Source of the DNA: Escherichia phage nepoznato
Sequence record: NC_052658.1
Direction: 5' to 3' (one strand)
Length of the DNA stretch: 64,000 bases
The notes below the pieces were generated by a model. That model did no database searches and was not told the DNA's origin. It saw only the letters and a program-made list of their open reading frames with translations. Below, piece by piece: positions 9,172-17,914 of the stretch (position 1 is the stretch's first letter; the number at the start of each line of letters is the position of its first letter). The position numbers were made by a program, and so were the translations under genes.

Positions 9172-9438
9172 ATGACAAATACTACATTACACCTTATGCA
9201 CTCATTGGGCTGGCAAGGCGGCACGGTGCACCAGGTAGCAAGCGCAACGGGCTTAAAGGTTGAAACCGTTCTCAACCTATCAGATTATAAGGTCGAGGAT
9301 AGTTATCAATTACAAAGTTACACGGGCGGTTTTACCTGGGCGCGTGAAGGTGGGAAAGAAAGCAATATACCACATTGGGGAAAAGGTGATATTCATTTTT
9401 GGCTAGGTGTCCTGACCTGGCAAGAAAACAAAAAATAA
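9172..9438 (+). CDS. Small helix-turn-helix protein, putative transcriptional regulator (88 aa)
   Basis: Segment GGTVHQVASATGLKVETVLNLS resembles an HTH. Confidence 0.45.
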   Translation: MTNTTLHLMHSLGWQGGTVHQVASATGLKVETVLNLSDYKVEDSYQLQSYTGGFTWAREGGKESNIPHWGKGDIHFWLGVLTWQENKK

Positions 9439-9442
9439 TCTT

Positions 9443-9471
9443 GACAAGCCCAGGGATCGGGCTTATACTGT
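9443..9471 (+). promoter_or_regulatory. TTGACA-N17-TATACT promoter whose spacer contains hairpin AAGCCC/GGGCTT; promoter versus weak terminator is ambiguous
   Basis: Direct reading. Confidence 0.4.
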
Positions 9472-9690
9472 TTTACATACAGAAGAGGAAGCGCCACCCC
9501 CACGGCGTAAAGGCGGGGCTAACATACCAGGGGCACTGGTTGGAAGGTTGATCGCCGGTAGGCTGGGCGCTATATATTTGTAAAGAAATGTAAAGATAAA
9601 ATAATCGCTTGCTTTCCTGGCTGGATCTGTTATTCTTATTACATGGCGAGGGGACACGGGAGCGCGAGACAAACACCGCCCCTGCGCGTC
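9472..9690 (+). ncRNA. Candidate structured non-coding RNA: GC-rich island with nested complementary segments and no plausible ORF
   Basis: Compositional outlier downstream of the promoter-like element. Confidence 0.25.
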
Positions 9691-9694
9691 ATTC

Positions 9695-9800
9695 TCTAAA
9701 TGAGAATGATTATCATTTACTTTATTAAATAAGAATCAATCTCATTTATAAACCTAAATGCGAATCATTATCATTTGCATTTCCACATGAGAACTCTTCT
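9695..9800. repeat. Four iterated palindromic sites of about 19 bp (AATGATTATCATT; ATGAGAA-CTC-TTCTCAT), Fur-box-like
   Basis: Direct reading; related motifs at 141-160, 455-475, 1014-1045. Confidence 0.5.
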
Positions 9801-9825
9801 CATTCCCATCTGCATAAATTTTTGT

Positions 9826-10030
9826 AAACTTTAAATTTTGCTTTTGTACTTTCATTTTTGTAAAAGCAAAAAAACTTTAAATACTGTGGGCGCGCAAAAT
9901 TTTTAAAATTTTCCTTGACTTTTGAGTTTTGTTTTGTATCTGACATTTTAAGATAATTTTCCTAAACTTTAAATTTTGGTTTTCAACTTTCACTTTTGTA
10001 AATTCTTAAAAAGTTTAAATAATTTGAGGG
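9826..10030. repeat. Two copies of a direct repeat of about 56 bp (AAACTTTAAATTTTG...TTTTGTAAA...TTTAAATA)
   Basis: Copies at about 9826-9885 and 9961-10018. Confidence 0.6.
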
Positions 10031-10162
10031 ATTTTTGAGATAATGGATAGTGGGAATTTGATATAACCTTTAATCTTATTAGTAGACCTTCAGGAACCCA
10101 CCTAGATCGAATCCTGGTGATGCAAACTGAAAAAGACAAGGGTTTGTATAGGACAAAATAAT

Positions 10163-10198
10163 AGGCTCTCTACGGTGCTGTAGGAGCCTTATTTCTGT
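10163..10198. terminator. Bidirectional hairpin terminator (AGGCTC...GAGCCT) with T-rich flanks on both strands
   Basis: Direct reading. Confidence 0.5.
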
Positions 10199-10244
10199 GC
10201 TACAAAGTGACACCTTTGTTCTAAAAATGAAAAAAGTTAAAATA

Positions 10245-10787
10245 TCACAAATATCGTCTTTGCGGTATTTTGTCTGGGAAAAGTATTTCGATCAGTTTGT
10301 TATGATATTTACCTAAAAGATTTTGCCCTTTCCAGTTGACCGGATTTAGCACCCCTGGTTCATACATCCCCATTCCAATTCCGTAAACCTTATCGTAGGG
10401 GCTTGCTTCAACAAACGTTTTGTATTGGTAAAGGTGTAAGTCTGCATACAAATCTGGATTCTGTACATATTTCAAGCATAAACCTCGCATAACAATACGC
10501 TCACGGTTCTCTTCCCATACGTTGTTATCAAAATCCGACACTGCCCTACCCATACGTTTGTAATAAGCTTGGATCTTCTCATCTTTCCGTATCAAACTAT
10601 GAGTCAGAATAGCCTGTGCAGTGTTGTGGTCATTAAAAAGCAAAGCTTTACGCCACATCATATATTGTTCGACACAATTAAATGTTTGATTGTAACCTGG
10701 TTCGGTTTCTGTAAAGGGTGCAATATACCAATTACTAAACACATCTTTATGTGAAAAGAAGAATACATAATCATCAGTTATTCGCAT
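10245..10787 (-). CDS. NADAR (YbiA-like, DUF1768) family protein
   Basis: Recalled YbiA blocks FSNF/FSNW, EHYFQAQKF-like, MGR, and LVEASP-D-WG-G-like C-terminal half. Confidence 0.8.
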   Translation of the reverse strand: MRITDDYVFFFSHKDVFSNWYIAPFTETEPGYNQTFNCVEQYMMWRKALLFNDHNTAQAILTHSLIRKDEKIQAYYKRMGRAVSDFDNNVWEENRERIVMRGLCLKYVQNPDLYADLHLYQYKTFVEASPYDKVYGIGMGMYEPGVLNPVNWKGQNLLGKYHNKLIEILFPDKIPQRRYL

Positions 10788-10998
10788 TTTTCATACTCTC
10801 CAAAATTTCACGTTGCCCTTTCTGATAGGCTTTCATCAGGACCACTTTAAGGTTTGTCTCCAAAAGATCTTCATTGTAGTTATACCGCTCCACAACATAT
10901 GTCAATTCATCATAAAGATCAAGAACGGGGTAGAATACAGGGTTATCTGCTAAACGTGCCATAGTTTCTCCTTTGTTAGTCCATCCACCAGTAGCCAT
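10774..10998 (-). CDS. Hypothetical protein (74 aa)
   Basis: ORF in overlapping operon. Confidence 0.5.
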   Translation of the reverse strand: MATGGWTNKGETMARLADNPVFYPVLDLYDELTYVVERYNYNEDLLETNLKVVLMKAYQKGQREILESMKNANN

Positions 10999-11341
10999 AA
11001 ACTGCGTCTGCGTCGATGAGTTTGTGTTTGTTGTTCCGCATGTAGTCTAAGATAAGTAGACGTTTATTGTATCTGGAGAGATTATGACCCTCTTTTCCGC
11101 CATAGTCAAAATATTTTGCAAGATCTTTACACTCAAACAAAATCAGTTCGGGAGTTTCTTCACACTGGTCTGTCTGGTACACTTGACGAATGATCATGTA
11201 TACATCATCGTCTTCCGCTAAATGCTCTACTGGTCCACATCCAGCAGGAACAAATTCATAGTCCCATCGGATCAGATGTTTCTCTACTGCTTCAAAGAAA
11301 TCCATCCTTTCGTTGCGCATAATTTGAACGTCAACTAACAT
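10976..11341 (-). CDS. Hypothetical protein (121 aa)
   Basis: ORF. Confidence 0.5.
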   Translation of the reverse strand: MLVDVQIMRNERMDFFEAVEKHLIRWDYEFVPAGCGPVEHLAEDDDVYMIIRQVYQTDQCEETPELILFECKDLAKYFDYGGKEGHNLSRYNKRLLILDYMRNNKHKLIDADAVYGYWWMD

Positions 11342-12519
11342 GTTTCCTCCTGTAATGTTCCACCATAAAGTTTATAAATGTTTTGTATTGATGCCATGCA
11401 AGATAACTCCGCTGTCTCTGTGTAGCCATCTGGCATAGCATATTTGCTCACTGCTTCCGTGTGAAGGACACGCTTACAACGCTTTTCTGCATCTTTGCAT
11501 TGCTTCACAGTAGGGAAGTGCCACACTTGGCCCTGTTTCATAGTAAACACATTACGACTATTTTGTTCTTTGATACGGCGATTACTATTATTAGCAATAC
11601 CAAACTTCAGTGCACAGATAATATCTTGCTCATCGTAAATATAATTAATGTAGGCTTGTTGTTGATTTTTGTTAGCACACTGCGGACAACCTTGTCCTAT
11701 GTTTAAAAGGTTGTTTGCAGTTCCTTTTTGTTCCCCATGACTCTTACATACATATTTAAACTTACCTATAGAAGATGGTTTGGTAATCCATCCTATCCAA
11801 ACATACCCTTTCTTTTCTATTTTCTTTCTTACTTTATACGTAATCTGTTCCGCTGTATACCTATAAGATGCAGAGCAACGGCAGGGTAAGTGTCCATATT
11901 TAAGATTGCTACGCGTCATATAAAACTTACCATCACATAGTCCAGCTTTAACATATTCATCATGAGAACAAACAGGACACTGAACCATCCATACCGGATC
12001 ACACCCTTTACGTTCCCCCGTGTTGGTGAAAATAGTGCCTTCCTTAAACTTCCCTGTAGAAAAGAAATCTGCAATATGTTGATCGTCGGGTATTGTTTGT
12101 GACCTCCTTGTGTTCTCATACCTACATATAAGACAACCACTGCCATGTTTAAAACTATCAAAACTACATGTATTCCATTCATGACCATACCTACAACGTA
12201 GCATCATTTTCGTACGCGCACCTTTAAACGGTTCTACGATACCTATGATGGTAATCCCCTTAGCTTCCGCTATTGGTTTACATTCAGTAAGGTATGTTTT
12301 TAAATCTTTAATTTGACCTGCACACATAGGACAACCACTACCACGTTTAAAACTGTTAATACTTGTAGTATCCCATTTATAACCACAATGACACAACAAA
12401 TCAAGTTTTGTATTAACCCCTTTCCATTCTCCCGTCCATCCTAAGATTTGGATTTGCTTACTCTCTGCTATGGGTTGACACTCTTCTTTATATTGTTCCC
12501 ATGATTTTGGTGCTGCCAT
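11335..12519 (-). CDS. Multi-zinc-ribbon protein with C-terminal T5orf172/GIY-YIG-like domain (putative DNA-binding/nuclease)
   Basis: At least four repeats of a Cys-containing module ending GSGCPxC; C-terminal YIYDEQ...KFGIANN. Confidence 0.5.
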   Translation of the reverse strand: MAAPKSWEQYKEECQPIAESKQIQILGWTGEWKGVNTKLDLLCHCGYKWDTTSINSFKRGSGCPMCAGQIKDLKTYLTECKPIAEAKGITIIGIVEPFKGARTKMMLRCRYGHEWNTCSFDSFKHGSGCLICRYENTRRSQTIPDDQHIADFFSTGKFKEGTIFTNTGERKGCDPVWMVQCPVCSHDEYVKAGLCDGKFYMTRSNLKYGHLPCRCSASYRYTAEQITYKVRKKIEKKGYVWIGWITKPSSIGKFKYVCKSHGEQKGTANNLLNIGQGCPQCANKNQQQAYINYIYDEQDIICALKFGIANNSNRRIKEQNSRNVFTMKQGQVWHFPTVKQCKDAEKRCKRVLHTEAVSKYAMPDGYTETAELSCMASIQNIYKLYGGTLQEETC

Positions 12520-12549
12520 CTGTTGCTCCTCTTATTAATCTGATATCCA

Positions 12550-12580
12550 TACAAGAGAAAACCCGCCGAAGCGGGTTTAA
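12550..12580 (-). terminator. Hairpin AAACCCGC-CGAA-GCGGGTTT with T-rich tail on minus strand
   Basis: Direct reading. Confidence 0.55.
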
Positions 12581-12594
12581 TAAATCTCAACTTA

Positions 12595-13734
12595 TTAGAA
12601 CACGCTACCTAATGTGGTGGAACGTTGTGTTACAGGCTCCAGCACCACTCGCAGAGTGTTTCCTGGTGTAGTGCTCATCACCAGAATCTTACCACCTTCA
12701 ATCAGATCACAAGTTAGACCATCAGCAGTTGCACACAGATCAATATGTGGGTCGCCATCTTCATCCAGGATAACATAACTGTTGGTTTCCATTGCTTCCA
12801 CTTCATCATCTTTCAAACTTTGCAGATAGATGTTCAGGGAACAAGCACCCGACAAAAACTTAGTAGGGGTGAAGTCGTGCCAGTTATTGATCCAATTCAC
12901 CTTCAGGGTTTTGCCATTAGCTACGATAGAAGCCACATTCCATTTAGCATCGTTGCCTAAAGAAATACCCATCATTTCCAGACATTCTTTAAAAGTCATT
13001 TTTGGATAGAAATTCAATTCTTCTACAATACCTTGAATAACATCAAAAGACAACTCTGTGCTAACATCCCATAAACGTTGGAAGTTATCTACGTGTTTTT
13101 TATTTACCAAGTTCTTATCCAAGTAATCTAACATAGTTTCACTAGACAGTTTATCGTAATTGAAACTGTAATAGATACGACTAGGACGGTTTACAAAATA
13201 TTCCGAGATATAGCCACTATTTTTAGTGAGGATGTAAAGTTTATTTCCACTTCCTGTTCCATCCAACAAGGTCAACAGTGCTTCCTGATCTTCTTTCTTA
13301 GCGTACACTTTATCAAATTCGTCAAATAAAACAACAGCACGATCTGTAATTTTACTCATAAATTCTAAGAAGCCAGCATCTGTGTAAGGCTGTGTAACCA
13401 AAATGGTTGGAATACCTAAACCTTCTGTGGACATTAGAGACATGCTAATCAGTTTAGCTAACATCGTCTTACCACTGCCCTTTGTCCCTGTCAGTAACAC
13501 CCCAGTATTTTTACCTTCTTTACTACGACGAGCAAATGTTTTAATAACATGTGCGGCGCGGTCTTTAGTTTCCCCATAAAGAGTGTTCGGAAGAGAGAAA
13601 CTTTCGCCACGCACTAAAGAGTAGTTACCGTGCGGATCGCAGTTGACAACCCAAACTCCAGCAGGAAGTTTATTAGCTTCAACACCATATTCCTTATTTA
13701 CAACAGCCACATCTCCAAAAATAGTGTATTTCAT
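12595..13734 (-). CDS. P-loop NTPase (AAA-type ATPase-like)
   Basis: Walker A GTKGSGKT; Walker B VVLFDEFD. Confidence 0.65.
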   Translation of the reverse strand: MKYTIFGDVAVVNKEYGVEANKLPAGVWVVNCDPHGNYSLVRGESFSLPNTLYGETKDRAAHVIKTFARRSKEGKNTGVLLTGTKGSGKTMLAKLISMSLMSTEGLGIPTILVTQPYTDAGFLEFMSKITDRAVVLFDEFDKVYAKKEDQEALLTLLDGTGSGNKLYILTKNSGYISEYFVNRPSRIYYSFNYDKLSSETMLDYLDKNLVNKKHVDNFQRLWDVSTELSFDVIQGIVEELNFYPKMTFKECLEMMGISLGNDAKWNVASIVANGKTLKVNWINNWHDFTPTKFLSGACSLNIYLQSLKDDEVEAMETNSYVILDEDGDPHIDLCATADGLTCDLIEGGKILVMSTTPGNTLRVVLEPVTQRSTTLGSVF

Positions 13735-14090
13735 TAGAACGTTTCTCCTTTTAAAATAATTACTGTAAACTTTGCAGTTTTTTCACTCTTAATATTCTTG
13801 ATTAATAAGTACTCTCCTCCAGGTGCATCTTTGTATTGTTTAATAGCTACTATTTCATTTTTGCAAGTAGCTATAATCGAATAAAAAGGACGTTCCGTGT
13901 TATCTTCTTTTCCTGTATATGCCTCAACATCTTTGCACTCTTCTAGAACACCATTCCCAGGTGTATAGTAAAACTTGTTGCCTGTGATCACAACATCTTT
14001 ACCAATATCCGTTTTAACTGCTACAAATTTTTGAGCGTAAGTGGTGAAGCTTACGGTAGCCAGCAATGTGGCTAAGATTAATTTTTTCAT
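13734..14090 (-). CDS. Secreted protein with N-terminal signal peptide (about 118 aa)
   Basis: MKKLILATLLATVSFTTYA; RBS AGGAGGGAAG. Confidence 0.6.
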   Translation of the reverse strand: MKKLILATLLATVSFTTYAQKFVAVKTDIGKDVVITGNKFYYTPGNGVLEECKDVEAYTGKEDNTERPFYSIIATCKNEIVAIKQYKDAPGGEYLLIKNIKSEKTAKFTVIILKGETF

Positions 14091-14101
14091 AAACTTCCCT
14101 C

Positions 14102-14266
14102 CTATTCCCACAACATACAAATCGCAGCGACAAACATGTTAGCAACAGCCGCACCAAGAACTATAAACATCGCCAGTTCAGAAAAATATTCACCAACCAG
14201 AGGGGATACTATTGCACAGAGTAGTCCCAATGTCAAACACAAGTTGATGATGAAGTTTAAAATCAT
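14102..14266 (-). CDS. Small hydrophobic membrane peptide, about 54 aa, not in the ORF track
   Basis: ATG after RBS GGAGAGAAT; two hydrophobic segments. Confidence 0.4.
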   Translation of the reverse strand: MILNFIINLCLTLGLLCAIVSPLVGEYFSELAMFIVLGAAVANMFVAAICMLWE

Positions 14267-14275
14267 ATTCTCTCC

Positions 14276-14467
14276 TTACAACCAACCCTTTGCCTGGTAG
14301 CCTTTAGAAAATCCATCTTCCCATTCTTCGAATTCCTTTTTGTGTGTCTTTGGACAATATGGATTTACTTTATTAAACATACCAAACTTGAACCCTGCGG
14401 TATACCCCTTCTTAAAAGCTATTGATTCTAAAGAGATCATATTCTTTCTCCTCTTAGAACTCGACAA
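14276..14467 (-). CDS. Hypothetical protein (63 aa)
   Basis: ORF. Confidence 0.5.
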   Translation of the reverse strand: MSSSKRRKNMISLESIAFKKGYTAGFKFGMFNKVNPYCPKTHKKEFEEWEDGFSKGYQAKGWL

Positions 14468-14705
14468 TGATTTTGTCTAAGTGTTCTGCTTCAACTTGGG
14501 ATAATGTTAACACCTGCACCAAACCTCTGTCAATACCAATTTTAATGACTTGCAAATAATCACCAAAAAGATCTGATAAAGAAATAGCATGTTCCGTAAC
14601 TACAATAACTTCATTACCTTTAGTGTATTCTTTCCACACCCGACCACATTTATAAATGTAATCTTTTTGATCTTCAGTAATCATTTTAGGTTTGATACTT
14701 AGCAT
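14454..14705 (-). CDS. Hypothetical protein (83 aa)
   Basis: ORF with overlapping stop/start. Confidence 0.55.
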   Translation of the reverse strand: MLSIKPKMITEDQKDYIYKCGRVWKEYTKGNEVIVVTEHAISLSDLFGDYLQVIKIGIDRGLVQVLTLSQVEAEHLDKIIVEF

Positions 14706-15043
14706 TAAAGACTCCCGTATTCTGGTTCAATATTATGTTTACGACAAATAGTATCCCAACGTTCATTACCAAAACTTCTTCCATGTAGAGCGTTAAATGC
14801 GAAATGCTCTGCCAACCACAATACTACATCATCAGGATCTGTGTCAAGTGGAATCCTAAACTCTCGGTCATAACGCATACGCAGAATAAAATCCTTATCA
14901 TCTTCAAGGAGATACATGTGGCTTTTAGCCCGTGATGCCAAATCAAAGAAAGGAGGCTCATCTTTCCAAATGTGACGCTCAACTTCAACACCATGATCAA
15001 CTACCAGAGTAGCGATCACCTCTCTCATCTCTTTACTAAACAT
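14705..15043 (-). CDS. Hypothetical protein (112 aa)
   Basis: ORF. Confidence 0.55.
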   Translation of the reverse strand: MFSKEMREVIATLVVDHGVEVERHIWKDEPPFFDLASRAKSHMYLLEDDKDFILRMRYDREFRIPLDTDPDDVVLWLAEHFAFNALHGRSFGNERWDTICRKHNIEPEYGSL

Positions 15044-15044
15044 A

Positions 15045-15296
15045 TTAAAGCCCTCCTAATTTAATGGTCCACTCGACACCTGTTGGGTAACTTCCACGGC
15101 AAATCTTACCATCAGAATGCCAGTTGATACTGTCAGGAAAGGTGTGGTTGACTACTTTTTCATGTGGAAGCCAAGCCGTAGGCTTCTCTCCGCCGTTGAT
15201 CCACACAAAACCTGCATCTTCGAGAAGTTCAAGTGCAAATTCCATATCTTTTGCGTCGTATACCGTCATCTTTTGACCTTTTTGGAACTGAATCAT
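15045..15296 (-). CDS. Hypothetical protein (83 aa)
   Basis: ORF. Confidence 0.55.
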   Translation of the reverse strand: MIQFQKGQKMTVYDAKDMEFALELLEDAGFVWINGGEKPTAWLPHEKVVNHTFPDSINWHSDGKICRGSYPTGVEWTIKLGGL

Positions 15297-15308
15297 ATTA
15301 CCCCCCTA

Positions 15309-15497
15309 TTAACCAATTAGTTCAACTGCTTTGCAGATGTAGATCCAAACCGGAGTGAGCATAAGAGCTATACCAAATACACAATTCCACTTGATTCCCA
15401 TTTCCTCTATTAGAGACATGATTAAGCCAACAGCACTAATAATCAGATAGATCCCTAAGAAAGCCATTGTGAAGAATTCAGACATATTTAGCTCCAA
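15309..15497 (-). CDS. Small membrane protein (62 aa)
   Basis: Two hydrophobic helices. Confidence 0.5.
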   Translation of the reverse strand: MELNMSEFFTMAFLGIYLIISAVGLIMSLIEEMGIKWNCVFGIALMLTPVWIYICKAVELIG

Positions 15498-15847
15498 AGA
15501 TTATCAAAATAACTAGCGAATAAAAGACGGCCCTCTAACCGTGCCTTCCTTTGATCTTCAGCATACACGATTTCTGGATTACCACTATCAATAAAAGCAT
15601 TCTCCATCTTTTCTAAAATATTTAACCACTCTCTTCTACCTGTCTCCTCTTCTTCATCTGTATACGGCGCACTTCTATTTGGATACAAAACACGCATCAG
15701 TTTAGTGGGGATCATGACAAACGTGCTATTGTTTGCCTTCTCACGGAAGGCTTTAATTCCTGCATAGATTACCTTCCCCAAAACTGCATCCAAATCCATC
15801 AAGTCACTTTCTTCTATTTGAATTTCGTCGTGTACAATTTTCATCAT
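15488..15847 (-). CDS. Hypothetical protein (119 aa)
   Basis: ORF. Confidence 0.55.
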   Translation of the reverse strand: MMKIVHDEIQIEESDLMDLDAVLGKVIYAGIKAFREKANNSTFVMIPTKLMRVLYPNRSAPYTDEEEETGRREWLNILEKMENAFIDSGNPEIVYAEDQRKARLEGRLLFASYFDNLWS

Positions 15848-16128
15848 GCCTTCTCCCGATCTGCATCTAATTTCGACAAGAAAGCTGTATACTCTTCCGA
15901 ACCTTGGTGTAAAAACATGCGATAAGAGCTTACCAGTTTCTTGGTCGTTGTATAACGTTCCATTTCCCCAACAACACCTCCACCTAGTGTGTAGAGCACA
16001 ATACCTTCAACTCCAACATGGGTTACTACTTCAACCAAATCTGTGTTATCCCAATGGTAGTTAGGTGACACAATAAGATCGCCAACTGTCAGTTTAATGT
16101 TTGCTGCTTCGTCTTGTGAATAATACAT
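15844..16128 (-). CDS. Hypothetical protein (94 aa)
   Basis: ORF. Confidence 0.55.
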   Translation of the reverse strand: MYYSQDEAANIKLTVGDLIVSPNYHWDNTDLVEVVTHVGVEGIVLYTLGGGVVGEMERYTTTKKLVSSYRMFLHQGSEEYTAFLSKLDADREKA

Positions 16129-16140
16129 TTTGTTCTCCTC

Positions 16141-16434
16141 TCACATTAAGACACGTTTTGTATCGATGGGTGCATTATCAAACATGTTAAGAACATTGTC
16201 AAGCAGTTTTACTAATTCATTTGTAATTTGTTCTTTTGAACGGGAGGAAGTGAGCACTTTGCTTTCACCAACGATATGCATAACTTTTATAGGGGCATCT
16301 AAAATAATGTTGTGTTGACGATCCTCTTCAAAAGAAGCCAACCATTTCTCATTGTTACCGTGCAAGGCTACAATCACACCAAAACCGTTAATTGTTTCAG
16401 AAATATTCTTAGTTGCTAAAGTAATGTTCATCAT
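16141..16434 (-). CDS. Hypothetical protein (97 aa), first gene of leftward operon
   Basis: ORF. Confidence 0.55.
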   Translation of the reverse strand: MMNITLATKNISETINGFGVIVALHGNNEKWLASFEEDRQHNIILDAPIKVMHIVGESKVLTSSRSKEQITNELVKLLDNVLNMFDNAPIDTKRVLM

Positions 16435-16439
16435 CTACC

Positions 16440-16530
16440 TCTCTTGTTAATGTTCATACATGATACCTGAAAATAATTTCAGATCAAGTATTGACATACT
16501 TTTTAATCTTGTTAAGATCAACTCCTACCA
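16440..16530. promoter_or_regulatory. Divergent promoter region: TTGACA-N16-TAAGAT rightward, TTGATC-N16-TATCAT leftward
   Basis: Direct reading. Confidence 0.5.
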
Positions 16531-16548
16531 AACAAAAGGAGAAAACAA

Positions 16549-16992
16549 ATGCAAAACATCCAAAACATCAAACTAACTTGGCCCGAAGCTAAAGAAGCAA
16601 TGAAGGAAGGTAGACGTGTTGAGCACCGCCATTTTTGTGGTGGCGAATGGTTTGAGATGCGAGATGGTGTTATTCTCGACGAACAAGGTTATAACATGGA
16701 AACTTGGTTCAGAGGGGAAGCTTGGCAGGAAGAGGGTTGGTCTGTAATTGAAAAAGAAGACAGTAAGGAAGAAGGCGTGTTGTCTAATGTAGAACGCAAG
16801 ATGAGGGAAACAAAGATACCTGCTTTGGATTTTGTATACCTGGAAGAACTTGTGGCAGCATCTTTTGTAGCAGGAAATCTTTGGAATACACCTGTTAGCC
16901 GACTGGAGAACCAAAATAACCCATCTGCTCGTAATCACAAGCTTTATAAGGGTAAAGGTCACAACAAATTAAAGAAAGGAAAGAAGAAATGA
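16549..16992 (+). CDS. Hypothetical protein (147 aa) with Lys-rich C-terminus
   Basis: ORF with RBS AAAGGAGAA. Confidence 0.6.
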   Translation: MQNIQNIKLTWPEAKEAMKEGRRVEHRHFCGGEWFEMRDGVILDEQGYNMETWFRGEAWQEEGWSVIEKEDSKEEGVLSNVERKMRETKIPALDFVYLEELVAASFVAGNLWNTPVSRLENQNNPSARNHKLYKGKGHNKLKKGKKK

Positions 16993-17138
16993 TCTACAAA
17001 AACAAGTTCACTGGTTGTCTCCGTAAATTTATCAATAAGAAAGGGTATGTTTCTCTTGACAAGGGTGTTACGTGGGTGCAAAATGGCACTTCAGAACAAC
17101 TGATCAAGGCTTTACCTTACTATGAGGAGGTTTTATGA
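16989..17138 (+). CDS. Hypothetical small protein, about 49 aa, not in the ORF track
   Basis: ATGA overlaps at both ends. Confidence 0.45.
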   Translation: MIYKNKFTGCLRKFINKKGYVSLDKGVTWVQNGTSEQLIKALPYYEEVL

Positions 17139-17395
17139 CACTTTATCACGTAACTACAGAAGGCGACTGTGAAGGCCGCACTACAAAAGATTTGGGGTAT
17201 GTTGAAGCAGATTCACCTGAACATGCTATCAAATACCTGCATTCCATTGGGAAGTATGCGGGTTATGAGTATACTATCTACGAGGTTGAAATTATTAACC
17301 TTATACAAGTGGCAACTCCTATGGCAGAGTTGAAACATCTTAAGGCAAAAGTAAGACCTGGTATAGTGTCCGATTACAAAGGGGAAGTAAAGTGA
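17135..17395 (+). CDS. Hypothetical protein (86 aa)
   Basis: RBS GAGGAGG. Confidence 0.6.
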   Translation: MTLYHVTTEGDCEGRTTKDLGYVEADSPEHAIKYLHSIGKYAGYEYTIYEVEIINLIQVATPMAELKHLKAKVRPGIVSDYKGEVK

Positions 17396-17604
17396 GTGGA
17401 TGGATTAAAGTATCTGGTACCGAGGATGTTCCTATCGGAGAGTGGCTTGTAATCATGGCAAACGGCAAGAAGGGATTCTGTGAAGTTAACAAAACACGCA
17501 ATGGCACGATAGCTGTTATCAATGGTCATTTTTATTTTGACTTGGCACCTGTGATCGCATACCATGCACTACCAACATATGAAGAGGAGATTAACAATGG
17601 CTAA
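17392..17604 (+). CDS. Hypothetical protein (70 aa)
   Basis: ORF. Confidence 0.55.
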   Translation: MSGWIKVSGTEDVPIGEWLVIMANGKKGFCEVNKTRNGTIAVINGHFYFDLAPVIAYHALPTYEEEINNG

Positions 17605-17914
17605 CAAAGAACCACATGTATATACTGCACTGGTAAAGCACTTGAACAAAGAACGTAACAGGATCATTGCAGATTATCGTAAATTTAAACGTAGTAGTCT
17701 AAATCGTAAATACATGCCACATGCAGCTTTTGACGCTACACGTGCAGTATTTCGTGCAAAGATTGCGGAAATGGATAATCTGCTTAAGCTTGCACGATTA
17801 TCTATTCATGCATCCAAAGTAACAGGAGTCACTCACTTCTTTGACTTCGATACTAAAGCACTATATGCACCAGAAGCAGGTGAACAATTGATTTATCTAC
17901 TTACCAAAAAATAA
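17597..17914 (+). CDS. Hypothetical basic protein (about 105 aa); start moved to MANKE
   Basis: RBS GAGGAG before ATG. Confidence 0.55.
   Translation: MANKEPHVYTALVKHLNKERNRIIADYRKFKRSSLNRKYMPHAAFDATRAVFRAKIAEMDNLLKLARLSIHASKVTGVTHFFDFDTKALYAPEAGEQLIYLLTKK

Noticed and set aside
9463-9676. Two overlapping minus-strand ORFs (69 and 67 aa)
   Set aside because: They fall in the GC-rich non-coding island, have Pro/Arg/Ser-rich translations and no RBS; more likely a structured RNA or DNA element
10085-10125. tRNA-like T-arm sequence (TCGAATCC)
   Set aside because: No acceptor stem, D-arm or anticodon arm could be built around it
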